Shown piece by piece: positions 48,614 to 62,409 of a DNA stretch of 64,000 nt. The stretch's first letter is position 1. The number at the start of each line of letters is the position of its first letter. The position numbers and the translations under genes were made by a program. The DNA is from Amoebidium appalachense (lineage: Eukaryota; Protista; Ichthyosporea): the NCBI GenBank assembly GCA_963693365.1, contig CAVNZM010000001.1:604774-668773 (forward strand), written 5' to 3'. The notes below the pieces were generated by a model. The model had not been told where the DNA came from. It saw nothing but the letters and a program-made list of their open reading frames with translations, and did no database searches.

Positions 48614-51465
48614 GCATCAGCAATCTCCACCGGGGATCGTATACCCCTCGTAATGCCATCTCCGATGGCGTAAACCTGTCACCCATCGTAAAGCACACCG
48701 CGAGTTCATATGGAGTGGTTGCACGACCTCTTTACGATAGTGTAAAGAGTTCCATGGGGTTAACGGAGCGTCTTATGTATATACATTGGATATACGCTTT
48801 ACGACATCCATCAACCCTCTTTACGACATCCATAGGGTTTATGGATGTCGTAAAGCGTATGTCATATGTATATCCTATGTATATCCGATGTATATACATT
48901 GCACTATACATAGGATATCCAATGTATATACATTGCACTATGCATAGGATATCCAATGTATATACATTGCACTGTACATAAGATATCCAATGTATATACA
49001 TTGCACTATACATAGGATAACCTATGTATATCCAATGTATAACCTATGTATATACATACGACTATACATAGAACATACATACGAGAGCGTTACGAGGGGT
49101 CGGAAACCCATCGTAATCTTCACCATCCGAGTATCCAAACCCATCCCGTTGGATATCTTAAGTATATGTTTAGGAGCGGCTTAATACCATCGTAACCCAT
49201 GACATATGATATACATCGATGTATTTTACGAATTACCAACCATGTACATATGATATACATATGGCTGGTCCTGGGGTACATTACGACCCCCATAATACCG
49301 TCGTAGACATTTCCATAAGAGCCCGTACACCACTCGTATGTATATACATAGCATGTCGTGTATACATCATTACGACAGCTCTTTGCCCATCCATAAGATA
49401 TCCTATGCATAGCCAAATAATATGTTACGAGTATACCATGACTAACTAAATACAATATTACGGAATATCGTAATATACGATTACGAGCTGTCGTAATATC
49501 ATAATACGAAAAGTAACCACCACCGTTGTGCCCCCCCCTCCCTCCCTCCCTCCCTCCCTCCCTCCCTCCCCCCCCCCCCCCCCCCCCCTCCCTCCCTCCC
49601 CCTCCCCCCCCCCCCCCCTTCCTTCTTACCTTTCTAACTTTTTCACAATTTGTACACGAGATACCATTAAGAGTGTTGTTCCTTTATGTCTCGCTCCACT
49701 GGAGCAGAGACCGCACAAGTTGTTCATGTTTAAAAATTTCTAAGTCTCACTCCACAGGAGTAGAGACAATTTCACTCTGTTAGACTCCACAGGAGTCCAG
49801 CTTTCACCGAACAAACTAAACAAACCAACAAACAAACAAACAAAACAAAGCAAACATCATCACACAAATAAAATACGAAGTCTACATCTCCCCCCTGCAG
49901 AGGCCGGGACTACACCAAAAGAGACATAAACTAAGTATTAATTCTTTTTTTTTTCCTCCGGGGGGGGGGGGGGGTCTTTCCCTATTCCTCCTCATTCTAA
50001 TCATCCTCAACCCTCCCACCCACATCGCCTTTCTGCTGACAGGCTGAGGACTGCCTTCTCCCGGACCTTGCAGATCTTTTCCCAGGTCTTTGCATACTGG
50101 GTTGGGACAGAAGGAGATTGTGTGAGTGTTTTTAACTTTTCTGGCTAGCCTGAGCATGTATGTACCTGGGAAAAATGCTATCACAATGTTACCATACCAA
50201 ACCTAAAGATGACATGATAGGATGATACTTGCCCATGCTTAGGAGATATCCTAAAACACTACGATGATACGTAACCCATACATACGACTTATCAATATCA
50301 TCATTTCGATATCCATACGTTGTCTTTCGGACGGGAGCTAAAACACAATGATGGGGGGGGGGGGGGGGGGGGGTTTGAATGCAGAATACGGTACGAAATA
50401 CGCATACACGATGAGAAGCATGGTGCAGGACACATGCAAAGGCAAACATTCAAGCACGCAACATCAGCCATGTGCACAGTATGCGTCATAAGCAGAGCCC
50501 ATCCTCAGGGAGGACGCAAGGGGGGGGGGGGTGTCGAACAGGATAGCCATCCGGTATGCCCTGCGTTAGCGTAGCACTAGTGATCGGGAATATTCGAGAT
50601 ATTCGGGATAAACTGGTGGATAGGTTCACGATAGATCAGGATAGATCTAGAAGAGTCTAGAAGATTCTATTGGAGTGTTTTGATTGGTAGCGACTAGATC
50701 CATAGCGGCGGGTAGACCAATCGGGAATAGTATGTAACATTCCAGTGAGCCAGACCACAAGTATATAAAGGTCCCGGCGGGCCAGTCAATGCATGTCAGC
50801 AAATAATAAAGTCTCACAGAGAAACCTCTAAGTTACAGGGGGGGGGGGGTAGTTGTTTACCTTGCTGATCTCTGATGGCCGAGCACCACCCTCGTAGTCA
50901 GGCATGTCAGCTCCATACTTCACAGCTGACCACGAAATCTGAGTGGCAGACTTGTGGGCCATTGGATCCCGCAGTCCGCACTCAAATGTGTGGAGCATGA
51001 AGCTGAAGAGCTCGGGCAACGCCTTTTGAAACTCCTGTGTGGGTGTTGGTGTGTGTGTTGCGTGTACGTACACGTAAGCATGTGTGTATGTGGTGATGAG
51101 GAAAGGGGGTATTCTCCATTAGCAGCAAATAAAACCGAATTCGACAATGAAAAATCTGAAATGACTTGAGGAAGTGGGAAGCTGAATGGATACTGGATAA
51201 CCATGCATGTACCGTTTCTCTGAGTGATAAGGATTTGATGTCTTGTGTGGTTATGTGTTGGTGATTCGTACGTGGGACAACAGGGGGAGGTGGGAGGGAG
51301 GGAGTGGGAGTGAGTGTGTGTGTGTGGGGGGGGGGGGGGGGGGGGGGGTCACAGTGCATTAAGAATGAACCAATAAGGAAGAACAACAACATTAAACATG
51401 AATAAGCATGTTAAAAAAAGCAGCATGAGAAGATTTCGTCTTTGATTGGGGTGTGGTGTGTGTGT

Positions 51466-51501
<36 letters not shown>

Positions 51502-52462
51502 ATGGGCACAAACGTTTAGTGTCTTGAAGCTGCTGAGGCGGTTCTTGATGTAGGAGCCGTTGATGGGGGACATGCACATGATGCGGTGAAGGGCGGAGTT
51601 GCCCCATGGGTTGCCCCTCACCGGATCGACGCTGTACATGTGGCCACAGGGATGGTTGTTGCACTCAACTTGAACCTCCACCAACCACCCCTCCCACGTC
51701 TTCTTGCGGCACCTAACCTGGTCTGCCAACTTGTCGGGGTCGGCGGCATTGACAGGGGCAACCTGGAACATCTGTGTTGGTGGGCATGGAGGCATTTGAC
51801 AGTTTTTTGGAAGGGGGGGGGAGGGGGGGAGGGGGGGATGGGAGGGGCTTTTGGTGTGTGTGTTTTTTTGTATGTGTGGGTGGGGAAGTGAGTGAGTGAG
51901 TGTGTGTGTGTGTTTGGGGGGGGGGGAGGGGGGGGTTAGAATGAATGAATAACACTAAATGCTAACATGTGAAACACGCGTACGTTGTGCTGAAAGACAA
52001 AAGCACAAACTTATGAAGTCTAGAGAAGCAGAAAATAGCTTGAACGACTGGTGGAGGGGATGATAGCTATAGTGCTAACAGGAAAAGTAGTGCCCACAGT
52101 CGCTGGTTCATGAACGTGAAAAGGCAACGTGCATCTGCAGCCAGCAGAACACACGCACACGCACGCACACACACACACATAAACACACACGCACACAGAC
52201 ACAGACACAGACACAGATAAAATCACAGGCACGGACACAGACCAGACAGACAAACGCCATATGCACAAAAGCAGGCAACACAAAACTAACCTTCAAACGG
52301 CCTTTCAGCCGTTAGGCGAAGATGCTTCAGCATGCAGCATGGTCGAACGGTGGCTGCGCGACCTGCGGAGGGGACCTGTAACCAGGCGACCTGCGGGAAG
52401 GGAACTGCGACCAGGCGACCTGCGGGAAGGGACCTGCGGAACTTCGGACCTGCGGAACTTCG
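48614..52462. repeat. Direct segmental duplicate of 53195-~56725 (left arm of the large DNA element)
   Basis: Near-identical sequence and ORF track, for example ORF 51349-51795 versus 55568-56017. Confidence 0.95.
50532..50837 (+). mobile_element. Solo LTR (306 bp), unrelated family, inserted in a G-run
   Basis: TGT..ACA ends, TATATAAA near 50762, AATAAA near 50805. Absent from the duplicate copy (empty site 55043-55062); TSD is GGGGG. Confidence 0.85.
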
Positions 52463-53222
52463 GATCTCCTGCAGATCCCTCATCTTACGTTCAACGAAGC
52501 CGTTGAGTTGGGGGCAGTCAACCGGGGCAATTTCCTGAATGATGCCCTTGGACTGGCAGTACTGCTCCATAGCGTGGGAGGTGAACTCGGACCCAGAGTC
52601 TGAACGGAAGTGGGTCACCACCTTGTCGGGTTGCTTGTCAGTAGTCTCAACCAGGGCCTTGACGTATTCGAGAGTTTCGGATCGATCACGGAGGAGGTAC
52701 ACGATGGTGTAGCCGGAGGCATCACAGGTACACACGAGGGCCACCTTGTAGCCACCATAGGAGGCACAGGGAGGCTCGAAGAAGTCCATGTGCCACTTGG
52801 CACCGGGGAAGGGGCACTGGGTTCTGGTGCCGGAGAATGGGGCCTTGGTGGTCTTGCCGGAGACACAACCGAAGCAGTCAGTGGTGTCAGCCACTGAGAG
52901 GGATGAGGGGAGGCCTGTCACGAGGTCACCTCTCACCATCTTGGTGAGGGTGGACAGGGCACGATGGCCGAGACGGTGGTGCCAGAGCTGAGGATCATTG
53001 TTGACCTTGACGTTGGCTACTAGAGCAGTGACGGTCCGAGGGATGGAGGGACGTATCTCATAGTCAGTGATGAAGTACAGTCCATCTGTGCCTGTGAGGG
53101 AACACACGATGTTGCCACCACGAGTGTAGAGGTATGATGGGAATGCATCCTCATCATCGAGGTGGGCAAGGAGACCCGACTTGGAGGCCATTGAGCATCA
53201 GCAATCTCCACCGGGGATCGTA
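52463..53222 (-). mobile_element. Ty1/copia pol fragment (protease end, GAG-pre-integrase, integrase core)
   Basis: ORF 52286-53191: LWHHRLGH..CFGCVSGK..WHMD..FRSDSGSEF..PQLNGFVERKMR. Confidence 0.92.
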
Positions 53223-54479
53223 TACCCCTCGTAATGCCATCTCCGATGGCGTAAACCTGTCACCCATCGTAAAGCACACCGCGAGTTCATATGGAGTGGT
53301 TGCACGACCTCTTTACGATAGTGTAAAGAGTTCCATGGGGTTAACGGAGCGTCTTATGTATATACATTGGATATACGCTTTACGACATCCATCAACCCTC
53401 TTTACGACATCCATAGGGTTTATGGATGTCGTAAAGCGTATGTCATATGTATATCCTATGTATATCCGATGTATATACATTGCACTATACATAGGATATC
53501 CAATGTATATACATTGCACTATGCATACTGATATCCAATGTATATACATTGCACTGTACATAAGATATCCAATGTATATACATTGCACTATACATAGGAT
53601 AACCTATGTATATCCAATGTATAACCTATGTATATACATACGACTATACATAGAACATACATACGAGAGCGTTACGAGGGGTCGGAAACCCATCGTAATC
53701 TTCACCATCCGAGTATCCAAACCCATCCCGTTGGATATCTTAAGTATATGTTTAGGAGCGGCTTAATACCATCGTAACCCATGACATATGATATACATCG
53801 ATGTATTTTACGAATTACCAACCATATACATATGATATACATATGGCTGGTCCTGGGGTACATTACGACCCCCATAATACCGTCGTAGACATTTCCACAA
53901 GAGCCCGAACACCACTCGTATGTATATACATAGCATGTCGTGTATACATCATTACGACAGCTCTTTGCCCATCCATAAGATATCCTATGCATAGCCAAAT
54001 AATATGTTACGAGTATACCATGACTAACTAAATACAATATTACGGAATATCGTAATATACGATTACGAGCTGTCGTAATATCATAATACGAAAAGTAACC
54101 ACCACCGTTGTGCCCCCCTACCTCCCCTCCCTCCCCCCCCCCCCCCTTCCTTCTTACCTTTCTAACTTTTTCACAATTTGTACACGAGATACCATTAAGA
54201 CTGTTGTTCCTTTATGTCTCGCTCCACTGGAGCAGAGACCGCACAAGTTGTTCATGTTTAAAAATTTCTAAGTCTCACTCCACAGGAGTAGAGACAATTT
54301 CACTCTGTTAGACTCCACAGGAGTCCAGCTTTCACCGAACAAACTAAACAAACCAACAAACAAAACAAACATCATCCCACAAATAAAATACGAAGTCTAC
54401 ATCTCCCCCCTATCTCCCCCCTGCAGAGGCCGGGACTACACCAAAAGAGACATAAACTAAGTATTAATTCTTTTTTTTT

Positions 54480-55524
54480 TCCTCCGGGGGGGGGGGGGGG
54501 TCTTTCCCTATTCCTCCTCATTCTAATCATCCTCAACCCTCCCACCCACATCGCCTTTCTGCTGACAGGCTGAGGACTGCCTTCTCCCGGACCTTGCAGA
54601 TCTTTTCCCAGGTCTTTGCATATTGGGTTGGGACAGAAGGAGATTGTGTGAGTGTTTTTAACTTTTCTGGCTAGCCTGAGCATGTATGTACCTGGGAAAA
54701 ATGTTATCACAATGTTACCATACCAAACCTAAAGATGACATGATAGGATGATACTTGCCCATGCTTAGGAGATATCCTAAAACACTACGATGATACGTAA
54801 CCCATACATTAGACTTATCAATATCATCATTTCGATATCCATATGTTGTCTTTCGGACGGGAGCTAAAACACAATGATGGGGGGGGGGGGGGGGGGTTTG
54901 AATGCAGAATACGGTACGAAATACGCATACGCGATGAGAAGCATGGTGCAGGACACATGCAAAGGCAAACATTCAAGCACGCAACATCAGCCATGTGCAC
55001 AGTATGCGTCATAAGCAGAGCCCATCCTCAGGGAGGACGCAAGGGGGGGGGGGGGGGGGGGGTAGTTGTTTACCTTGCTGATCTCTGATGGCCAAGCACC
55101 ACCCTCGTAGTCAGGCATGTCAGCTCCATACTTCACAGCTGACCACGAAATCTGAATGGCAGACTTGTGGGCCATTGGATCCCGCAGTCCGCACTCAAAT
55201 GTGTGGAGCATGAAGCTGAAGAGCTCGGGCAACGCCTTTTGAAACTCCTGTGTGGGTGTTGGTGTGTGTGTTGCGTGTACGTACACGTAAGCATGTGTGT
55301 ATGTGGTGATGAGGAAAGGGGGTATTCTCCATTAGCAGCAAATAAAACCGAATTCGACAATGAAAAATCTGAAATGACTTGAGGAAGTGGGAAGCTGAAT
55401 GGATACTGGATAACCATGCATGTACCGTTTCTCTGAGTGATAAGGATTTGATGTCTTGTGTGGTTATGTGTTGGTGATTCGTACGTGGGACAACAGGGGG
55501 AGGTGGGAGGGAGGGAGTGGGAGT

Positions 55525-55557
<33 letters not shown>

Positions 55558-56136
55558 GGGGGGGGGGTCACAGTGCATTAAGAATGAACCAATAAGGAAG
55601 AACAACAACATTAAACATGAATAAGCATGTTAAAAAAAGCAGCATGAGAAGACTTCGTCTTTGATTGGGGTGTGGTGTGTGTGTGTGTGGGGGGGGGGAG
55701 GGGGGGGGGGGGGGGGGGGGGGAATGGGCACAAACGTTTAGTGTCTTGAAGCTGCTGAGGCGGTTCTTGATGTAGGAGCCGTTGATGGGGGACATGCACA
55801 TGATGCGGTGAAGGGCGGAGTTGCCCCATGGGTTGCCCCTCACCGGATCGACGCTGTACATGTGGCCACAGGGATGGTTGTTGCACTCAACTTGAACCTC
55901 CACCAACCACCCCTCCCACGTCTTCTTGCGGCACCTAACCTGGTCTGCCAACTTGTCGGGGTCGGCGGCATTGACAGGGGCAACCTGGAACATCTGTGTT
56001 GGTGGGCATGGAGGCATTTGACAGTTTTTTGGAAGGGGGGGGGAGGGGGGAGGGGGGGGGATGGGAGGGGCTTTTGGTGTGTGTGTTTTTTTGTATGTGT
56101 GGGTGGGGAAGTGAGTGAGTGAGTGTGTGTGTGTGT

Positions 56137-56170
<34 letters not shown>

Positions 56171-56720
56171 GAATGAATGAATAACACTAAATGCTAACAT
56201 GTGAAACACGCGTACGTTGTGCTGAAAGACAAAAGCACAAACTTATGAAGTCTAGAGAAGCAGAAAATAGCTTGAACGACTGGTGGAGGGGATGATAGCT
56301 ATAGTGCTAACAGGAAAAGTAGTGCCCACAGTCGCTGGTTCATGAACGTGAAAAGGCAACGTGCATCTGCAGCCAGCAGAACACACGCACACGCACGCAC
56401 ACACACACACATAAACACACACGCACACAGACACAGACACAGACACAGATATAATCACAGGCACGGACACAGACCAGACAGACAAACGCCATATGCACAA
56501 AAGCAGGCAACACAAAACTAACCTTCAAACGGCCTTTCAGCTGTTAGGCGAAGATGCTTCAGCATCACGGCCATCTAGAAACACCAGATGGCCGTGTTCA
56601 GCATGCAGCATGGTCGAAACCATGCAGCACGGTGGCTGCGCAGGGGACCTGTGACCAGGCGACCTGCGGGAAGGGAACTGCGACCAGGCGACCTGCGGGA
56701 AGGGACCTGCGGAACTGCGG
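54480..56720 (-). CDS. Multi-exon hypothetical accessory gene of the DNA element (partial duplicate at 49960-52460)
   Basis: Exon-like blocks bounded by CAG/GT between microsatellite-rich introns, e.g. ~55736-55993 (MFQVAPVNAADPDKLADQVRCRKKTWEGW..FKTLN) and ~55074-55247 (EFQKALPELFSF..SEISK). Not all exons were resolved. Confidence 0.5.
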
Positions 56721-57131
56721 ACCTGCGGGAAGGGGGAAAAGAAATGGAGCAAACAACGTGCGTACAGGCTTAAACGGACAAAAAATTGCAAACCGGATTG
56801 GGTTTAGCCAATCACTATTTGCTATTTGCTATAGTTCGGTTTAGTAACCGCCGCGCCTGATTAGGGAAAAGATAAAAATAGATTTCGGCTCGCGCGCGCG
56901 CGTGCATCAGCTTTGTGCCCTTAGCGGTGCCCTTAGTCACAACTATCAGACTATAGTTACGTGTCCTCCACGTGACCCCAGTCTTCCGAGGTGGTGTCAT
57001 AGGTGGGCGCCAACACCAATAAATTGACTGGTGACGGGTGTACAACCAAAGAAACTCAGCAGCACATATAATAACGTTGATGCTATACCCTGCCTAGTTG
57101 ACGTAATAACTAGTGCACCATCGCACACGTG

Positions 57132-57165
<34 letters not shown>

Positions 57166-57247
57166 TGGGGGGGTGTTTTTGCCACGCGGTAACCCTGATA
57201 TTGTAGGTGTACACTGCCCCCACAACCCCAACTGTGTGCTGAATATC

Positions 57248-58805
57248 TCGTGCTAGGAAACCAATAACGCGAAAGTAACACATGCTGCATGATATATGAT
57301 GTACATGGTACAAAGGGGGTTTCAATCCGGGCTACAATGTTGTGTTTTTTTCGGGTGACCCTCGTACTCCAGAGGCACACTCACCATCCCCCCCATAAAC
57401 GTTGTGGTAAATTTCTCGTTCCAGAAGCTGTTGTGTGGGTAGTTATTGAAAAAACCAATAATGTGCAAGTAACATATGTACATATACTATGCTACAAGGG
57501 GGGTTCTATACGAGCTACAACGTTGTGTTTTTTTCGTGTGACCCTCGTACTCCAGGGGCACATTCCCCATCCCCCCCATAAACTGTGTGGTAACTTTCTC
57601 GTGCTAGAAGCTGTTCTGTGGGTAGTTATTGAAAAAACCAATAATGTGTAAGCAACGCATGTACATATACTATGCTACAAGGGGGGTTCTATTCGAGCTA
57701 CAACGTTGTGTTTTTTTCGTGTGACCCTCGTACTCCAGGGGCACATTCCCCATCCCCCCCATAAACTGTGTGGTAACTTTCTCGTGCTAGAAGCTGTTCT
57801 GTGGGTAGTTATTGAAAAAACCAATAATGTGTAAGCAACCCATGTACATATACTATGCTACAAGGGGGGTTCTATTCGAGCTACAACGTTGTGTTTTTTT
57901 CGTGTGACCCTCGTACTCCAGGGGCACATTCCCCATCCCCCCCATAAACTGTGTGGTACATTTCTCGTGCTAGAAGCTGTTCTGTGGGTAGTTATTGAAA
58001 AAACCAATAATGTGTAAGCAACACATGTACATATACTATGCTACAAGGGGGTTTCTATTCGAGCTACAACGTTGTGTTTTTTTCGTGTGACCCTCGTACT
58101 CCAGGGGGGCACATTCCCCATCCCCCCCATAAACTTTGTGGTAAATTTCTCGTGCTAGAAGCTGTTCTGTGGGTAGTTATTGAAAAAACCAAAAATGTCT
58201 AGGTAACACGTGGACATATACTATGCTACAAGGGGGGTTCTATGCGAGCTACAACTTTGTGTTTTTTTCGTGTGACCCTCGTACTCCAGGGGCACATTCA
58301 CCATCCCCCCCACAAACTTTGTGGTAAATTTCTCGTGCTAGAGGCTATTCTGTGGGTAGTTATTGAAAAACCAATAATGTCTAGGTAACATTTGTACATA
58401 TTCTATGCTTTAAGGGGGGTTCTATACGAGCTACAACGTTGTGTTTTTTTTTGTGTGACCCTCGTACTCCAGGGGCACATTCCCCATCCCCCCCATAAAC
58501 TTTGTGGTAAATGTCTCGTGCTAGAGGCTGTTCTGTTGGTAGTTATTGAAAAAACCAAAAATGTCTACTGAGGTAACACATGGACATATACTATGCTACA
58601 AGGGGGGTTCTATACGAGCTACAACGTTGTGTTTTTTTGGTGTGACCCTCGTACTTCAGGGGCACATTTATTATCCCCCCCATAAACTGTGTGGTAAATG
58701 TCTCGTGCTAGAGGCTGTTCTGTGGGTAGTTATTGAAAACCCAATAATGTCTAGGTAACATATGTACATATACTATGCTACAAGGGGGGTTCTATGCTAC
58801 AAGGG
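57248..58805. repeat. 183-bp tandem satellite x ~8.3
   Basis: CTCGTACT marker at 57361, 57544, 57727, 57910, 58093, 58278, 58461, 58648. Confidence 0.95.
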
Positions 58806-60112
<1,307 letters not shown>

Positions 60113-60324
60113 CAATGATAAGCCGGCCATGTGTTTATCATGGCGCACCGGTAAATGCATGTGGCGATAATGTGGAAATATATAAACGGAAATACATTAT
60201 AAAAAAGGACTCACTCAACGAGATGAAGGAGCGTTACAGAACGTACGTGTCTGCCGCCCCCCCCCCCCCCCCCCCCAACCCCCCCTGTCTTCCCTCCTTC
60301 CCACTACGACCCCCCCCCCCCCGC

Positions 60325-61372
60325 ACGTCCATATTAGGCAAAATGCGCTATAATACGTGGGGAAAAGGGGGGGGTTCAACAGTTAATAACGTGCAGGGGT
60401 TTGATGGGAGCACAACCAAACTTTGCATTTTAGGGCAGTGTCTCTGTGTGGGGGGCTAACAAAACCGGTCGGACTGTCTCCCCATTTCTGTGGGGAAAGT
60501 TATTAACCGTTGTACGTCCATATTAGGCAAAATGCGCTATAATACGTGGGGAAAAGGGGGGATTCAACGATTAATAACGTGCAGGGGTTTGATGGGAGCA
60601 CAGCCAAACTTTGCATTTTAGGGCAGTGTCTCTGTGTGGGGGGCTAACAAAACCGGTCGGACTGTCTCCCCATTTCTGTGGGGAAAGTTATTAACCGTTG
60701 TACGTCCATATTAGGCAAAATGCGCCATAATACGTGGGGAAAAGGGGGGGATTCAACGATTAATAACGTGCAGGGGTTTGATGGGAGCACAACCAAACTT
60801 TGCATTTCAGGGCAGTGTCTCTGTGTGGGGGGTCTAACAAAACCGGTCGGACTGTCTCCCCATTTCTGTGGGGAAAGTTATTAACCGTTGTACGTCCATA
60901 TTAGGCAAAATGCGCTATAATACATAGGGAAAAGGGGGGGATTCAACAGTTAATAACGTGCAGGGGATTGATGGGAGGACAACCAAACTTTGCATTAGGC
61001 AGTGTCTCTGTGTGGGGGGTCTAACAAAACCGGTCGGACTGTCTCCCCATTTCTGTGGGGAAAGTTACTAACCGTTGTACGTCCATATTAGGCAAAATGC
61101 GCTATAATACATAGGGAAAAGGGGGGATTCAACAGTTAATGACGTGCAGGGGATTGATGGGAGGACAACCAAACTTTGCATTAGGCAGTGTCTCTGTGTG
61201 GGGGGTCTAACAAAACCGGTCGGACTGTCTCCCCATTTCTGTGGGGAAAGTTATTAACCGTTGTACGTCCATATTAGGCAAAATGCGCTATAATACATAG
61301 GGAAAAGGGGGGGTTGGGGGTTGGCAACAGTTAATAACGTGCAGGGGATTGATGGGAGCACAACCAAACTTT
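60325..61372. repeat. ~188-bp tandem satellite x ~5.6
   Basis: CGTCCATATTAGGC at 60326, 60515, 60703, 60893, 61080, 61266. Confidence 0.95.
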
Positions 61373-61496
61373 GGGAGGCCCTGGGCAATAAATTAGTACC
61401 CGGTTTACATTGGGGAGGCGTAATGGGCCGGGGGGGGTTTGAAACATGGAGAATTTATATATATATATATTTGGTTTGGGTTTGTGTGCTCGGGAT

Positions 61497-61847
61497 AGGT
61501 ACGATGACGTCATTATTGGTGCGGGGGAAGACGAGGACGGCGATGAGGTGCATTTCTACGCAAAGGTGGTGCTTCTCTTCACCTGCACTTCAGAGCATGG
61601 GGACAAGCTTCTGAATCGTGCCTTCGTTCGATACTACACAGAGCGCAGACATCTGGACGAACACACACGTTGTCCCCGACTGACATGGGAGATGGTTGGT
61701 GCGAATGCGCAGCGAAGACCGAGGTACGACGTTATTGACGTCGAGTCTATATTGGGGATTTTCCACTGCATCCCGGTGAAGGTCCCTGTAGGGGGGAGGA
61801 AGGAGTTCCTCGTTAACAAATACGTGCACATGGGTCGTAACTCTTGA
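61497..61847 (+). CDS. Terminal exon resembling the C-terminal domain of Plavaka/EnSpm-type transposases
   Basis: RYDDVII..FYAKVVLLF..AFVRYY..YDVIDVESILGIFHCIP..FLVNKY matches the recalled RxDxV..YGxVxxxF..AxVxWY..VIxxxSIxxxxHxIP..xVNxY pattern. Upstream exons were not found. Confidence 0.6.
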   Translation, partial: RYDDVIIGAGEDEDGDEVHFYAKVVLLFTCTSEHGDKLLNRAFVRYYTERRHLDEHTRCPRLTWEMVGANAQRRPRYDVIDVESILGIFHCIPVKVPVGGRKEFLVNKYVHMGRNS

Positions 61848-62409
61848 ATTGAGTGCATGGTTTGTAAATGTCTGACTCAGGTGTTTTCTATCAGATTATC
61901 TTCAGTTTTGTTTTTTTTGTTTATTAAATAAGTTCTTTTGGCACCGCTCTTGATTTACTTTTAATACATGTACACGCATATGGACTTCATACCGGCATGT
62001 TCACCGCCGTCTATACGCTACACTGTTCAGCTTTCCGCAATATAATTATCCCACTACTATAATCCCCTGCCGTTCCAGGCACCCACAAACTCTGCTAGTT
62101 CTTGTACCCCCTCCGAATCAGCATCCTATTCGTTCTCTTATGTATTCTCTCTCAAGTATGCCAGCATTCCCACGAAACCCCCATAAAACATCCATTGTTA
62201 TATGTATCCAGAAGGCCGTGCCACCAGTTATTATTTACAATTTTACAAGAAAATTATTAATAACATCTATATTACACATACCTGCCTAATGATAGTGGCC
62301 CGGTATCATATAGCTATACAGCAGCCCCTCCAGATGCTCAATTAAAATGTACACAGCTTGGTTTTTTACTACCAGTGCTAATTTATATGATTTCAACATG
62401 GCCTGCCAT

